The notes below the pieces were generated by a model. The model had not been told where the DNA came from. It ran no database searches and was given only the letters and a program-made list of their open reading frames with translations. From Candidatus Woesearchaeota archaeon (GTDB lineage: Archaea; Nanobdellota; Nanobdellia; Pacearchaeales; GW2011-AR1): 64,000 nucleotides of DNA. The translations under genes were made by a program, and so were the position numbers. Shown here one piece after another: positions 29,663 to 39,739 of the stretch (its first letter is position 1; each line of letters begins with the position of its first letter). Where the stretch lies: contig CAZDXC010000002.1 of assembly GCA_964509675.1 (NCBI GenBank), forward strand, positions 71,425 through 135,424, read 5' to 3'.

Positions 29663-31057
29663 ATGATAAAGAGGATATTACTAATAAAGCTTGGAGCAAA
29701 AGGAGATGTAATCAGAACTCTTCCTTTGTTAATAGCAATAAAAGAGAGGTATCCTGATTCTGAAATAACATGGATTACAAAACCTTTATGTAAGGAGATT
29801 TTAGAAACAAGTCCTTATATAAATAGAATTCTAACAATTCCAGTCAATTTAAAAAGATTTTCTGAAGATTTTGATATTTTATTAAACTTTGATGTGGAAG
29901 AAGATGCAACAAAATTAGCAGAAGAAATAAAAGCAAGAAAGAAATATGGGTTTTTTTCACATGGAGAGTATCCCACATCATTTAACCTTTCTGCAGAATA
30001 TTATCTTAACACTCTTTTTGATGATGAATTAAAAAAAACAAACACAAAAACTTACCAACAAATGATGTTTGAAGTAGCAGAACTTCCCTATAAAAAACAG
30101 CATCATCCCCTTTATCTAAACGAAGAAGATATGAAATACGCAGAAGATTTTGTAAATAAACATAATATTAATCCAAAAAAATTAATTGGGATTCATGTAG
30201 GTTCCTCTCCAAGATGGCCCTCTAAAACATGGCATTTGGATATTGTAAAAGAATTTATAAAAAGAGCAAAGGAAAAAGGATATGAAATTCTTATTTTTAG
30301 GGGACCAGATGAGTCCGAGAAACATGAAATACTTATCAGAGATTTAGAAAATCAGGGGGTTGGGGTTTTTACAAATAATCCATTAAATAGAGACAGAGAA
30401 TTTTTATCTCTGATAAATCTATGTGAGAAAATCATATGTGGAGATACCTTTGCATTGCATGTTGCTTTATCTCTTAAAAAACCGACAGTTGGATTATTTT
30501 TCTGTACTTCTCCTAATGAAATTGAAGATTATGGATTATTAAAAAAAATACTCTCTCCAAGATTATATGATTTTTTCCCTGAAAAACAAAATCTATACGA
30601 TGAAGATTTGACAAAAAGTATCTCTGTTGAACAAGTCCTAAATTCTATAGAAAATTTTGAGAAAACAAAAAGAGTAATCAACACCATCATAAAGGACAAT
30701 GATAAAGTTTTAGTTATCAAAAGAAAAAGCGGAATTCACTCAGGAAAATGGGCTTTTCCAGGCGGCATTATGAAAGATAGTGAGACTATCGGAGAAACAT
30801 TAAAAAGAGAAATAAAAGAGGAAACTAACCTTGATGTTTATAATATAATCAAAAAAATTTCAGACTATTCTTATTGGGGAAAGGAAGGAGAAAAAATCTT
30901 GGGGGAATGTTATCTTGTAAATGTAAAAAATGGAGAAGTAAAAATAAATAAAGAAGCAGAAGAATTTAGATGGGTTTCTTTAGAAGAATTTGGGAAATTA
31001 AATTATATAGAGGGACTGGATAAAGAAGTTTTTTTGGCCTTTTATAATAAACAATAA
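29663..31057 (+). CDS. GT9 ADP-heptose-type heptosyltransferase fused to a C-terminal NUDIX hydrolase domain
   Basis: N-terminal ILLIKLGAKGDVIRTLPLL (RfaC/RfaF-like GT9 start). C-terminal Nudix box GGIMKDSETIGETLKREIKEETNL (GX5EX7REUXEEXGU). Confidence 0.7.
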   Translation: MIKRILLIKLGAKGDVIRTLPLLIAIKERYPDSEITWITKPLCKEILETSPYINRILTIPVNLKRFSEDFDILLNFDVEEDATKLAEEIKARKKYGFFSHGEYPTSFNLSAEYYLNTLFDDELKKTNTKTYQQMMFEVAELPYKKQHHPLYLNEEDMKYAEDFVNKHNINPKKLIGIHVGSSPRWPSKTWHLDIVKEFIKRAKEKGYEILIFRGPDESEKHEILIRDLENQGVGVFTNNPLNRDREFLSLINLCEKIICGDTFALHVALSLKKPTVGLFFCTSPNEIEDYGLLKKILSPRLYDFFPEKQNLYDEDLTKSISVEQVLNSIENFEKTKRVINTIIKDNDKVLVIKRKSGIHSGKWAFPGGIMKDSETIGETLKREIKEETNLDVYNIIKKISDYSYWGKEGEKILGECYLVNVKNGEVKINKEAEEFRWVSLEEFGKLNYIEGLDKEVFLAFYNKQ

Positions 31058-31117
31058 TCTCAAATATATATCTTTAAATAATAATCTTTTTATACCACTT
31101 CTTTTTTTGAAGAGAAG

Positions 31118-32524
31118 ATGGAAAGATTATTGGAATTTTTAAAGGATTTTTCTAAAAAAAAGATACTTGTTATTGGGGATGTTATGTTAGATAAGACAAT
31201 TGTGGGGGATGTCTCAAGAATTTCACCTGAAGCCCCTATTCAAATAGTTAATGTAAGAGAAGAATTTTATGAACCAGGGGGGGCAGCAAATACTGCTGCA
31301 AATATTGCTTCTCTTGAAGGAAATGTTTCTTTGTTTGGATTTGTTGGAGAAGATTATAATGCAGAGGTTCTGTTAAAAATATTAAATAAAAAGAAAATCA
31401 GTTGTTTTTTTGATAAAAATCGCATAACCACCCTTAAGGAAAGAATAAGAGGAAGAAACCAACAGCTCTTGAGACTTGATTATGAAGAATCTTCCTTGAA
31501 AAATTTCAGTTTTGAAAATATGAGAAAACTTGAAAAAGAAATGGGACCTACGGATATAATTTTAATATCTGATTATGCAAAAGGAACTGTGACAGGAAAT
31601 TTAATGAATTTTTTGAAATCTTTTGATAAAAAAATTGTAATTGACCCCAAACCACAAAATATGTCTTTATATCGAGATGTTTTTTTAATTACTCCAAACG
31701 AAAAAGAAGCGTTGGAAATCACTTCCCAAAAGAATGTCTATATGGCTGGAAGAATTCTTAAGAAAAAATTTAATTGTAATGTTGTGGTTACAAGGGGGGA
31801 AAATGGAATGACTCTATTTTCAAATAATGAAATTGATATACCCACAACTGTAAGAGAAGTATATGATGTTGCTGGAGCAGGAGATACTGCTATTGCCGCA
31901 CTTTCTTTATCTTTGGCTTCAGGAGCTTCTCTTGAAGAAGCAGTTATTATAGCAAATCATGCAGCAGGTATATCAGTAAGAAAAGTTGGAACTTATCAGG
32001 TTAAATTGAGAGAATTAGAAAATGTGATTTTAGGAGAAGAAAGAAAATTAAAAACTATTGATGAATTATTTGAAATCATAAGAGAATTGAAGAAAAAACA
32101 AAAGAAAATAGTCTGGACAAATGGTTGTTTTGATCTTTTTCATGCAGGACACAAATATTCTCTTGAGCAAGCCAGAAAAAAAGGAGATATTTTAATTGTT
32201 GGTTTAGATTCAGATGAGTCTGTTCGGAAATTGAAGGGTTCTGAAAGACCAATATATAATCAAGAACAAAGAGTAGAGATTTTATCTGGAATGGAGTTTG
32301 TTAATTATATTACAATATTTCCTCCAGAGAAAGCATCAGAATATATTCAACTATTAAAACCAGATGTTTATGTTAAGTCTGGAAATTATACAATAGACTC
32401 AATAAACCAAAAAGAAAGAAAAATTATTGAAGAATATGGAGGAGAGATTTATCTTCCAAGAGGAATTTCAGAACTTTCCACGACGAATATAATAAATAAA
32501 ATAAAAAAACAAAATGGAATTTGA
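31118..32524 (+). CDS. hldE: Bifunctional D-beta-D-heptose 7-phosphate kinase / D-beta-D-heptose 1-phosphate adenylyltransferase
   Basis: N-terminal PfkB-type kinase (GGAANTA...DVAGAGDTAIAAL). C-terminal cytidylyltransferase-like domain (VWTNGCFDLFHAGH). Confidence 0.8.
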   Translation: MERLLEFLKDFSKKKILVIGDVMLDKTIVGDVSRISPEAPIQIVNVREEFYEPGGAANTAANIASLEGNVSLFGFVGEDYNAEVLLKILNKKKISCFFDKNRITTLKERIRGRNQQLLRLDYEESSLKNFSFENMRKLEKEMGPTDIILISDYAKGTVTGNLMNFLKSFDKKIVIDPKPQNMSLYRDVFLITPNEKEALEITSQKNVYMAGRILKKKFNCNVVVTRGENGMTLFSNNEIDIPTTVREVYDVAGAGDTAIAALSLSLASGASLEEAVIIANHAAGISVRKVGTYQVKLRELENVILGEERKLKTIDELFEIIRELKKKQKKIVWTNGCFDLFHAGHKYSLEQARKKGDILIVGLDSDESVRKLKGSERPIYNQEQRVEILSGMEFVNYITIFPPEKASEYIQLLKPDVYVKSGNYTIDSINQKERKIIEEYGGEIYLPRGISELSTTNIINKIKKQNGI

Positions 32525-33530
32525 TAGAAATAAATTAAATATTCTTCCTTTGAATTTTAGGGTAAACAAATCTTCTATAGAACAAATTGTAATAAGTCCT
32601 AATTCAAGATCTTATCCTTCACAAAATTCTAAATTAATTCATAAAATTGCAGAAACTATTCTCTTTGCAAGAAAAAACAACAAGCAGGTTATTTTGGCAT
32701 ATGGTGCCCATTTAATTAAAAATGGATTGGGTTTGGTTTTGAGAAGAATGATTGAAGAAGGTTTTGTTACCCATTTAGCTACTAATGGAGCCGGTTCTAT
32801 TCATGATTGGGAATTTGCATTCCAAGGAGGAACTGAAGAAGATGTTGAGAAATATATTAAAGAAGGGCAATTTGGAATCTGGGAAGAAACAGGACAATAT
32901 ATAAATTTAGCATTAATCTCGGGAGCTGAAAAAGGAATTGGCTATGGAGAATCTGTTTGTGAAATGATTCATAATGAAGAATTAGTAATTCCTGAAAATA
33001 AAAAAATACAAAAAATGAATATAAAGCCAGGAAAAATTGTCATAAAACATCCTTATAAAAAATATTCTGTCCAAGATTCAGCATGGGATAAGATCCCTTT
33101 TACAGTGCATCCTTCTTTTGGTTATGATATAATTTATACTCACCCTTTTAGTGATGGAGCATCAATAGGAAAATGTGCTGAAGTAGATTTTTTAAAATTT
33201 GTTAGCAGCATAAATAAATTGGAAGGCGGCATTTATCTTTCAATAGGTTCTTCAATAATGTCTCCTATGGTATTTGAAAAATCTTTATCTATGGCAAGAA
33301 ATTTGGCAAAACAAGAAAATAGAAAAATTGAAGATTTTACTATTGTTATAAATGATATTCAGAAAGGGGATTGGGATTGGAGTAAAAAGACTGAACCAGA
33401 AAAAAGCAATCCCGCATATTATTTACGTTTTTGCAAAACTTTCCATAGAATGGGTGCAAAAGAAATGTATTATGTAAGGGAAGACAATAGAAATTTTCTT
33501 TTATCTCTTTATCAAAATTTGAAAAAATAA
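32514..33530 (+). CDS. Deoxyhypusine-synthase-like (DHS-fold) protein
   Basis: ILAYGAHLIKNGLG...VTHLATNGAGSIHD aligns with the DHS core LGYTSNLISSGIRE...VTTAGGVEED. THPFSDGASIGK aligns with ALTDGSLGD. IVINDIQ aligns with VYINTAQ. Overlaps the hldE stop by 11 nt and ends 2 nt before gmhB. Confidence 0.45.
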   Translation: MEFDRNKLNILPLNFRVNKSSIEQIVISPNSRSYPSQNSKLIHKIAETILFARKNNKQVILAYGAHLIKNGLGLVLRRMIEEGFVTHLATNGAGSIHDWEFAFQGGTEEDVEKYIKEGQFGIWEETGQYINLALISGAEKGIGYGESVCEMIHNEELVIPENKKIQKMNIKPGKIVIKHPYKKYSVQDSAWDKIPFTVHPSFGYDIIYTHPFSDGASIGKCAEVDFLKFVSSINKLEGGIYLSIGSSIMSPMVFEKSLSMARNLAKQENRKIEDFTIVINDIQKGDWDWSKKTEPEKSNPAYYLRFCKTFHRMGAKEMYYVREDNRNFLLSLYQNLKK

Positions 33531-33531
33531 A

Positions 33532-34062
33532 ATGAAAAATAAAGCTATTTTCTTAGATAGAGATGGAACAATAAATGTTAATAAAGGATACATATATAGA
33601 GTAGGGGATTTAGAGATAATCCCCAAAGTTATAGAAGGATTGAAAATTCTTAGAGAGAATGGATATAAATTAATAATTGTGACTAATCAGTCAAAGATAG
33701 CAAGAGGATATTGTACAAAAGAAGATTACTTTAAATTTAGAGGGGAAATACATAAAAAATTAAGAGAACAGGGCATTATAATAACAGCAGAATATTTTTG
33801 TCCACACCACCCCCTTGATAATTGTAATTGCAGAAAACCAAAAACAGGCATGTTAGAGCGGGCTACAAAGGATTTTAATTTAGATATAAATGAATGCTGG
33901 ATGATAGGAGATAAAGATTCAGATATACTTGCAGGAAAAAATTCAGGATGTAGAACAATTCATGTTCTGACAGGAGAAGAAAAAAAACCCATAGATTATG
34001 CAGATTTTATAGCAAAAGATTTAATTAAAGCAGCAGATTATATCTTAAAACAAAAACAATAA
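33532..34062 (+). CDS. gmhB: D-glycero-D-manno-heptose 1,7-bisphosphate phosphatase (HAD family)
   Basis: AIFLDRDGTIN (HAD motif I). Zinc-binding CPHH...CNCRKPKTGM characteristic of GmhB. Confidence 0.8.
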   Translation: MKNKAIFLDRDGTINVNKGYIYRVGDLEIIPKVIEGLKILRENGYKLIIVTNQSKIARGYCTKEDYFKFRGEIHKKLREQGIIITAEYFCPHHPLDNCNCRKPKTGMLERATKDFNLDINECWMIGDKDSDILAGKNSGCRTIHVLTGEEKKPIDYADFIAKDLIKAADYILKQKQ

Positions 34063-34086
34063 AAACTTATGAATTAATATTTTTGG

Positions 34087-35682
34087 GTGGAAGAAGTAAA
34101 AGGAGAATTAAAAGAACCTGAAAAAGAGATAGAAAAGAGAAAAAATTATATAAAGAAAAAACTTTTCTCCTGGATAAAAGATAATTATGATAAAATTTTC
34201 CTTGTTATTCTAATAGTTGCTTTTATTATAAGATTCCTTATTTTTCTTAAAACAATGAACCAGCCTCTTTGGTGGGATGAAGCAGATTATCTTTCAACTG
34301 CAAAAAAATGGGGGCTGGGATTACATATTAAAGATATTTGGTATTATAGAAGGGGATTTTTATGGCCATTAATAGGAGCCGCCTTTTTTGGAATAGGTAT
34401 GGGGGAAGTAGGAATGAGATTTCTTGTAGTTCTTTTATCAACCGGAACTGTGGCTCTTTCTTATTTTATAATTAGAAAAATGTTTGACAAAAAAACTGCC
34501 CTTTTAGTATCTATAGGAATTTTATTTTCTTGGGTTTCTTTATTTTTTACAGGAAGAGTACTGACAGATATTCCTGCAACTTTCTTTCTTTTATTTGCAT
34601 TGTTATTCTTCTGGAAAGGTTATGTCCTTAAAGAAGGAAATAAATTTTTATATCTTTTTGGAGTATTTTTTGCCCTCTCATTATTGACAAGATTTCAATT
34701 TGCAATGTTTGCATTACCTTTTCTTGTTTTTATATTTACAAGAGAAAAATTCAAATTTGTGAAGAATAAACACCTTTGGATAACACTTGGTTTGGCCTTT
34801 GCTGTTCTTCTTCCTTTTTTTGTTTTGTATTGGATGCATTATGGAAATATTGTTACTGATATCTTATCTCATTATTTTGGAGTCTCGGGAGTGTCTTCCA
34901 CTGAACCTGCTCAGAGAACCTTTTCTACAATATTCAATTATTTCAAAGATTTACCTTATATTCTTACTAAATCTATTTTTGTTCTATTTATTATAGGATT
35001 ATTTGTCTTCTTTCAGGATATGTTTCTAGGGATAGATAAAATTTTCAAAAATGAAGAAGTTCAAAAGAAATTTTTTATTTTTCTATGGATTATTGTTCCT
35101 TTCTTAGTTTTAGGATATATAACAGAATATGTAGAACACAGATATATTCTCTCAACTTTGCCTTTTTTATTTTTAGTTTCAATATCTCCATTAATAAAAT
35201 TTGGAGGCTTATTGAGTAGACACTATAAGAAAATTAATAAAAAAACAGCATATATCTTTTCAGCTATTTTATTTTTGTTTTTAATGATAGTAAGTTTTGG
35301 CAGTAGTATCCCTTCAAATTATTCATGGGGGAATAATTTAATAGCAAATAAATTAACTTCTTATTCAGAAGTACAACAGGCTGGATTATGGATGAAAGAG
35401 AATTCTAATACTACAGACATAATAATCTCTCAGTCAAGACCTCAAATAACTTATTATTCTGAAAGAACAACATATGATTTAACTCAAATGGGGCCAGAAT
35501 CTGCATTTCAAGAAAATTTATCGAGAATAAAGCCAAAATATCTTATGTTATCCAAATTTGAACCCCATCAGCAGTGGATGTACTCCTATCCTCAAGAGCA
35601 TAATAGCACTGTAATTCCTGTGAAGGTATATTATCAAAACCAACAGCCTGCTGCAATAATCTATCAATTCAAATATTCTTAA
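34087..35682 (+). CDS. GT-C fold glycosyltransferase (PMT/ArnT-like, GT39/GT83-type)
   Basis: 531 aa polytopic membrane protein with WWDEADY motif in the first extracytoplasmic loop, as in ArnT/PMT-family lipid-linked-sugar transferases. Confidence 0.65.
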   Translation: MEEVKGELKEPEKEIEKRKNYIKKKLFSWIKDNYDKIFLVILIVAFIIRFLIFLKTMNQPLWWDEADYLSTAKKWGLGLHIKDIWYYRRGFLWPLIGAAFFGIGMGEVGMRFLVVLLSTGTVALSYFIIRKMFDKKTALLVSIGILFSWVSLFFTGRVLTDIPATFFLLFALLFFWKGYVLKEGNKFLYLFGVFFALSLLTRFQFAMFALPFLVFIFTREKFKFVKNKHLWITLGLAFAVLLPFFVLYWMHYGNIVTDILSHYFGVSGVSSTEPAQRTFSTIFNYFKDLPYILTKSIFVLFIIGLFVFFQDMFLGIDKIFKNEEVQKKFFIFLWIIVPFLVLGYITEYVEHRYILSTLPFLFLVSISPLIKFGGLLSRHYKKINKKTAYIFSAILFLFLMIVSFGSSIPSNYSWGNNLIANKLTSYSEVQQAGLWMKENSNTTDIIISQSRPQITYYSERTTYDLTQMGPESAFQENLSRIKPKYLMLSKFEPHQQWMYSYPQEHNSTVIPVKVYYQNQQPAAIIYQFKYS

Positions 35683-36193
35683 ATTTAGAAATATAACTCA
35701 CTGTTAAAAAATTAATTTTTTTTAATTGCCTGAACTCTCCCTTTAAAATTTTCAAAATTTCCTTTAAATTAGTAATATGGTCATTAACTCTTTCATTTTT
35801 TCCTAATATTCTTCTTACTTTTCTAGAAATCCAATTTTCCGTCGGAATAGATGTTATGAGCTCAAAATCAGGATTCATTTTTTTAAAGTTATTTATTATT
35901 TTTTTAATTTCTTTTATTGGGATATGTTCAAAAACATCCATCACAAATATTTTATTTGGTTTTAATAGAGTATAATTTTTTATATCGCTATGTTCGGGGG
36001 TTATATCATATCCAATAATTGTATAGCCTTTTTTTTTCAGATTATTTTTCATCCATCCTGCGCCACATCCAAAATCCAAGATAATATCTGTTTTTTTTAA
36101 ATTGGCAATTTTTAAAGCAATTTTTATTTTGCTTCTACTGAAAAATCTTACTAATGGATTTTTGTTTGAATAAGTGGAAGATATGTTATCCAT
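35669..36193 (-). CDS. Class I SAM-dependent methyltransferase
   Basis: ILDFGCGAGW motif I. VFMDVFEHI. Confidence 0.7.
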   Translation of the reverse strand: MDNISSTYSNKNPLVRFFSRSKIKIALKIANLKKTDIILDFGCGAGWMKNNLKKKGYTIIGYDITPEHSDIKNYTLLKPNKIFVMDVFEHIPIKEIKKIINNFKKMNPDFELITSIPTENWISRKVRRILGKNERVNDHITNLKEILKILKGEFRQLKKINFLTVSYISKFKNI

Positions 36194-37197
36194 TATAAGT
36201 ATCCTTTTTCTTTATAATAGTTCACTGTTCTTTTTATTCCTTCTTCCAAGGAAAAAATTGGTCTATAACTTAATTCTTTTTCTGCTTTTGAAATATCACT
36301 ATACCAAAATTTTTCAGTCATCCATTTAATTGTATCATGTTTAAATGGAGGATGAAAGTTTAGTATTTTTCCTAAGAATTCTAGGAGATATCCTCCAGAA
36401 ATAAAAACAAATTTAGGAAATTTTATAAATAAAATTTTTTTATTTTCTGCTTTTTCCATAGCTTTAATTATTTGATTAATGCTGTAATGCTCTCCATTTG
36501 AAATATTGTATTTTCCCCCCACTTTTCCTTTCTTAATTGCTAATAAGCAGGCTTCAATTAAATTTTTAACATATAAAAATTCCATTCCTTTTATATTGCT
36601 TCTTATTGGAAAAAATCTTTTATTTACAGTCAAGAATAATTTCAGCATTTCAAAATCTCTCTCTCCAAAAACCATGGAAGGACGTAGTATAACAATCGGC
36701 ATTTTATATTTATTAAAATATTCCATTGCAATTTTTTCTTGAGCTAATTTGCTCCAACCATATATATCTACTGGCCTGCATTCTGTTTCTTCATTTACAG
36801 GGATTTCATCTCTTGTTGGTCCTACAGCAGAAATACTACTCATTATAATTATCTTTTTTATTTTTTTATTCTTACATGATTCTAAAAGATTTTTTGTTCC
36901 TTCCTCATTTATTTTAAAATATAAATCATTAGGAATAGTCATAGGTCTTGCAATTGCAGCCAAGTGAAAAATCACATCAATATTTTTAACAGCATCTTTC
37001 AATGAGCGTTTATCTAATAAATCTCCTTCAATGATTTCTATATTTAATCTTTTTAATAATTCTAACGAATCTCGCCTTTTTTCAGATCTTTTCTTTTCTT
37101 TTCTGACCAAAACCTTAATTTTATTTTTTTCTTTTGCAAGTCGTTCTACTAAATGACTTCCAATAAGCCCTGTTGCTCCTGTAACAAAAACTTTCAT
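36193..37197 (-). CDS. NAD-dependent epimerase/dehydratase (SDR)
   Basis: MKVFVTGATGLIGSHLVERL Rossmann motif. YGWSK (YxxxK). Start at MKV, giving a 4-nt overlap with the upstream radical SAM gene. Confidence 0.8.
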   Translation of the reverse strand: MKVFVTGATGLIGSHLVERLAKEKNKIKVLVRKEKKRSEKRRDSLELLKRLNIEIIEGDLLDKRSLKDAVKNIDVIFHLAAIARPMTIPNDLYFKINEEGTKNLLESCKNKKIKKIIIMSSISAVGPTRDEIPVNEETECRPVDIYGWSKLAQEKIAMEYFNKYKMPIVILRPSMVFGERDFEMLKLFLTVNKRFFPIRSNIKGMEFLYVKNLIEACLLAIKKGKVGGKYNISNGEHYSINQIIKAMEKAENKKILFIKFPKFVFISGGYLLEFLGKILNFHPPFKHDTIKWMTEKFWYSDISKAEKELSYRPIFSLEEGIKRTVNYYKEKGYL

Positions 37198-38648
37198 GGT
37201 AAAATAGGAGAAAAAATCCAAGCGATATAAGCAGCTATTTTTCTCATAGTTTTATTTTTCACCAACAATTTTGCAAAATTTTCTGTTAAAAAAAATGCAA
37301 GAATTTTTTCTATTTTTGGATAATCTTTTCTTTTTTTTGAATTTTTGCAGCTCCAGACATGTCCCAGTTGAGTCAAAAAAATCATCTCTCTATCAGAATA
37401 ATTTTTGGTATATAAAGGAGCATTTCCTGTTTTTGGATTGATATAATAAAGCCATAAATAATCATTAATCAGGCCTTCCTTTTTAGCAATATCATAAACA
37501 GTAGTTCCTGGGTAAATTGTCAAGGCATTAATTCCTATCCAGTCTGGTTTTGTTTCTCTTATCAATTCAAAAGTTTTCCATGTATCTTCTGCTTCCTCTT
37601 CAAGCGAGCCTACAATTAAAAAGAATTTTAATTCAATTTCTGCCTTTTTAGTCATTTCAGAAGCTTTTTTTATCTTTTCAATTGTAATATTTTTTCCAAT
37701 AGCTCTTAAAACTTTGTCTGAGCCAGATTCAGCGCCATATTCAATTAAATCACACCCTGCTTTTTTCAATATCTTTAGCATTTCTTCATCAACTGTGTCT
37801 ACTCTTGCCTGTATTCTAAATTTAATGGGAAGTTTATTTTTTATTACTAATTCACAAAATTTTATTACCTTCTCTTTTTTCAATGTGAATAAATCATCAG
37901 CAAATCTTATATAATCTATTCCATATTCTTGGTTCAATTCTTTTACTTGCTTAAATAATTTTTCAGCAGAGGTGCTTCTTACCTTTCTTCCCCAAGCAAG
38001 CGTAGTTTCACAAAATTTGCAACCCATAGGACATCCCCTTGAAGTTGTTACAAGTGTTGTTTGTTTTACATTTTTGACATCTGGAGGTAAGGGATATTCT
38101 TTCATAGGGAATAAATCATAAGCAGGAAGAGGAAGATTTTCTATATTTTCCATAAAACATCTTGGAGGATTAATTTTTATTTTTCCTTTTTCCCTAAAAG
38201 ATATTCCTAAAATCTTATTAATTTTTTTTTTATTTTTTATTGCCTTGATCAATTCATACAGAGTCTCTTCCCCTTCCCCCCTAACAACAATGTCAACAAA
38301 ATTGTAATTTTTTAACAGAAGACTATCTAAAAAAGTAGCATGCAATCCTCCAATTATCGTAATAATATCTGAATTTCTTTTTTTTATTTCTTCTAATGTT
38401 TTTAAGGCAGAATATCTATTTTCAGTTAAGCAGCTTACTCCAACTATTTTTGCTCTGGTTCTGATAGATTCACTTGCAGTTTTTTCAAAATTCCATCCTT
38501 TTATTGGAGCATCTATCACTTGAGATGATATTTCTCTCTCTCTTAAATAAGCTGCTAAACAAGCAATTCCCAATGGAACTCCTGACATGGGAAACTTACT
38601 GGTTGTTTTTTTATCTAAGGGGGGGTTAATTAAACAAATATCATTCAT
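37194..38648 (-). CDS. Cobalamin-binding (class B) radical SAM enzyme
   Basis: IIGGLHAT / VRGEGEET B12-like region. TSRGCPMGCKFCET cluster. Confidence 0.8.
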   Translation of the reverse strand: MNDICLINPPLDKKTTSKFPMSGVPLGIACLAAYLREREISSQVIDAPIKGWNFEKTASESIRTRAKIVGVSCLTENRYSALKTLEEIKKRNSDIITIIGGLHATFLDSLLLKNYNFVDIVVRGEGEETLYELIKAIKNKKKINKILGISFREKGKIKINPPRCFMENIENLPLPAYDLFPMKEYPLPPDVKNVKQTTLVTTSRGCPMGCKFCETTLAWGRKVRSTSAEKLFKQVKELNQEYGIDYIRFADDLFTLKKEKVIKFCELVIKNKLPIKFRIQARVDTVDEEMLKILKKAGCDLIEYGAESGSDKVLRAIGKNITIEKIKKASEMTKKAEIELKFFLIVGSLEEEAEDTWKTFELIRETKPDWIGINALTIYPGTTVYDIAKKEGLINDYLWLYYINPKTGNAPLYTKNYSDREMIFLTQLGHVWSCKNSKKRKDYPKIEKILAFFLTENFAKLLVKNKTMRKIAAYIAWIFSPILP

Positions 38649-39739
38649 AGAATCTTTCTAATTTCATTTATTTTTAAAGATTTATTTGCTCTTTTTTTAT
38701 AATTAGTAATAAGAAATCCATTTAATTCTTTGTCATTGGGGTAACCATGCATAGCCTTGAATTTCTCTTTTTGATAAAAATTAGGAAAAAAATATTTTCC
38801 TTTTTCTACATAAAAAATAATTTCTCCGTATCTTTTATCTAAGGGAATTTTATATTTTTTTGCAGTTTTTTTATTCAAAATTTTAAGCTCTTTTATCTTA
38901 GATAATTTTCCTAAAACTTCTTTTTTAGCCTCCTCATTTTTAAACCAAAAGGAAGCAGTAGTTCCTGCGATAAAAAAAAGGTAATCTTTCCTTTTAGGTA
39001 GAATTTTTTCTAAATCTATGTATTCTTTGATATCTGCAAAACCATGATCTCCCCACAAAATAATTCTTGCTCCCCTATTTTCTTTTAAGAATTTTTTTAT
39101 ATATTTCTCTATTATTTTATCTATATTAAACAATGCTTCTTTTGTTTCTATACTTTCTTTTCCAAATTTATGTATAGTTTTATCTACTGACATTAATTGG
39201 GTGTAATAAATTTCTACATTTTTTTCTTTAGTCAATCTTTCAAGTCTCTCTTCATCAGATTCATATTTGAATATTATTCTTCTTTTTTCCTTTTTCTTTT
39301 TTATAACAAAAAATGGCCACTTATAAAAACAGAAATCTTTTTCTTGAAAATAAGGCAATTTCCACAGCCCAAATTTAACACTAGAATCAAAATATTTTAG
39401 TTTTTCTGCTGGAATATTATGCAATGCAGAAATATATGTTCTTTTATTTAAAAGTTGAAAAATTGCTCCAAGGTAAGTTCTTAATTTTTTATTAAAAGAA
39501 AAAAACCTTAATAGAAAATTATTAAATGTAGAATTTTCAGATTTTGAAAATTCCAACCAAATTCCATTTTCTTCCAGAGTGCTTCCTGTGAAAAAACCAT
39601 ATTCAATTCCAGTAAAAGCAAAAAATGTTTCTAAAACACTTAAATTATTTTTAGCCCCGAATTCATACAAAAAAGGAGTATTTTCTTTTGAAATTAAATC
39701 ATATCCTAATCCATCAATGCAGATTATCAATTTTTTCAT
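38645..39739 (-). CDS. Alkaline-phosphatase-superfamily metalloenzyme (type I phosphodiesterase/nucleotide pyrophosphatase or phosphotransferase-like)
   Basis: N-terminal IICIDGLGYDLI (metal-ligand DGL motif of PF01663-like enzymes). C-proximal ILWGDHGF (GDHG metal site). Confidence 0.55.
   Translation of the reverse strand: MKKLIICIDGLGYDLISKENTPFLYEFGAKNNLSVLETFFAFTGIEYGFFTGSTLEENGIWLEFSKSENSTFNNFLLRFFSFNKKLRTYLGAIFQLLNKRTYISALHNIPAEKLKYFDSSVKFGLWKLPYFQEKDFCFYKWPFFVIKKKKEKRRIIFKYESDEERLERLTKEKNVEIYYTQLMSVDKTIHKFGKESIETKEALFNIDKIIEKYIKKFLKENRGARIILWGDHGFADIKEYIDLEKILPKRKDYLFFIAGTTASFWFKNEEAKKEVLGKLSKIKELKILNKKTAKKYKIPLDKRYGEIIFYVEKGKYFFPNFYQKEKFKAMHGYPNDKELNGFLITNYKKRANKSLKINEIRKIL

Noticed and set aside
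32514-33530. Considered calling this gene gmhA (sedoheptulose-7-phosphate isomerase), because it sits between hldE and gmhB
   Set aside because: There are no SIS-domain motifs. The visible sequence similarity is to the deoxyhypusine synthase fold instead, so it is called DHS-like with moderate confidence.
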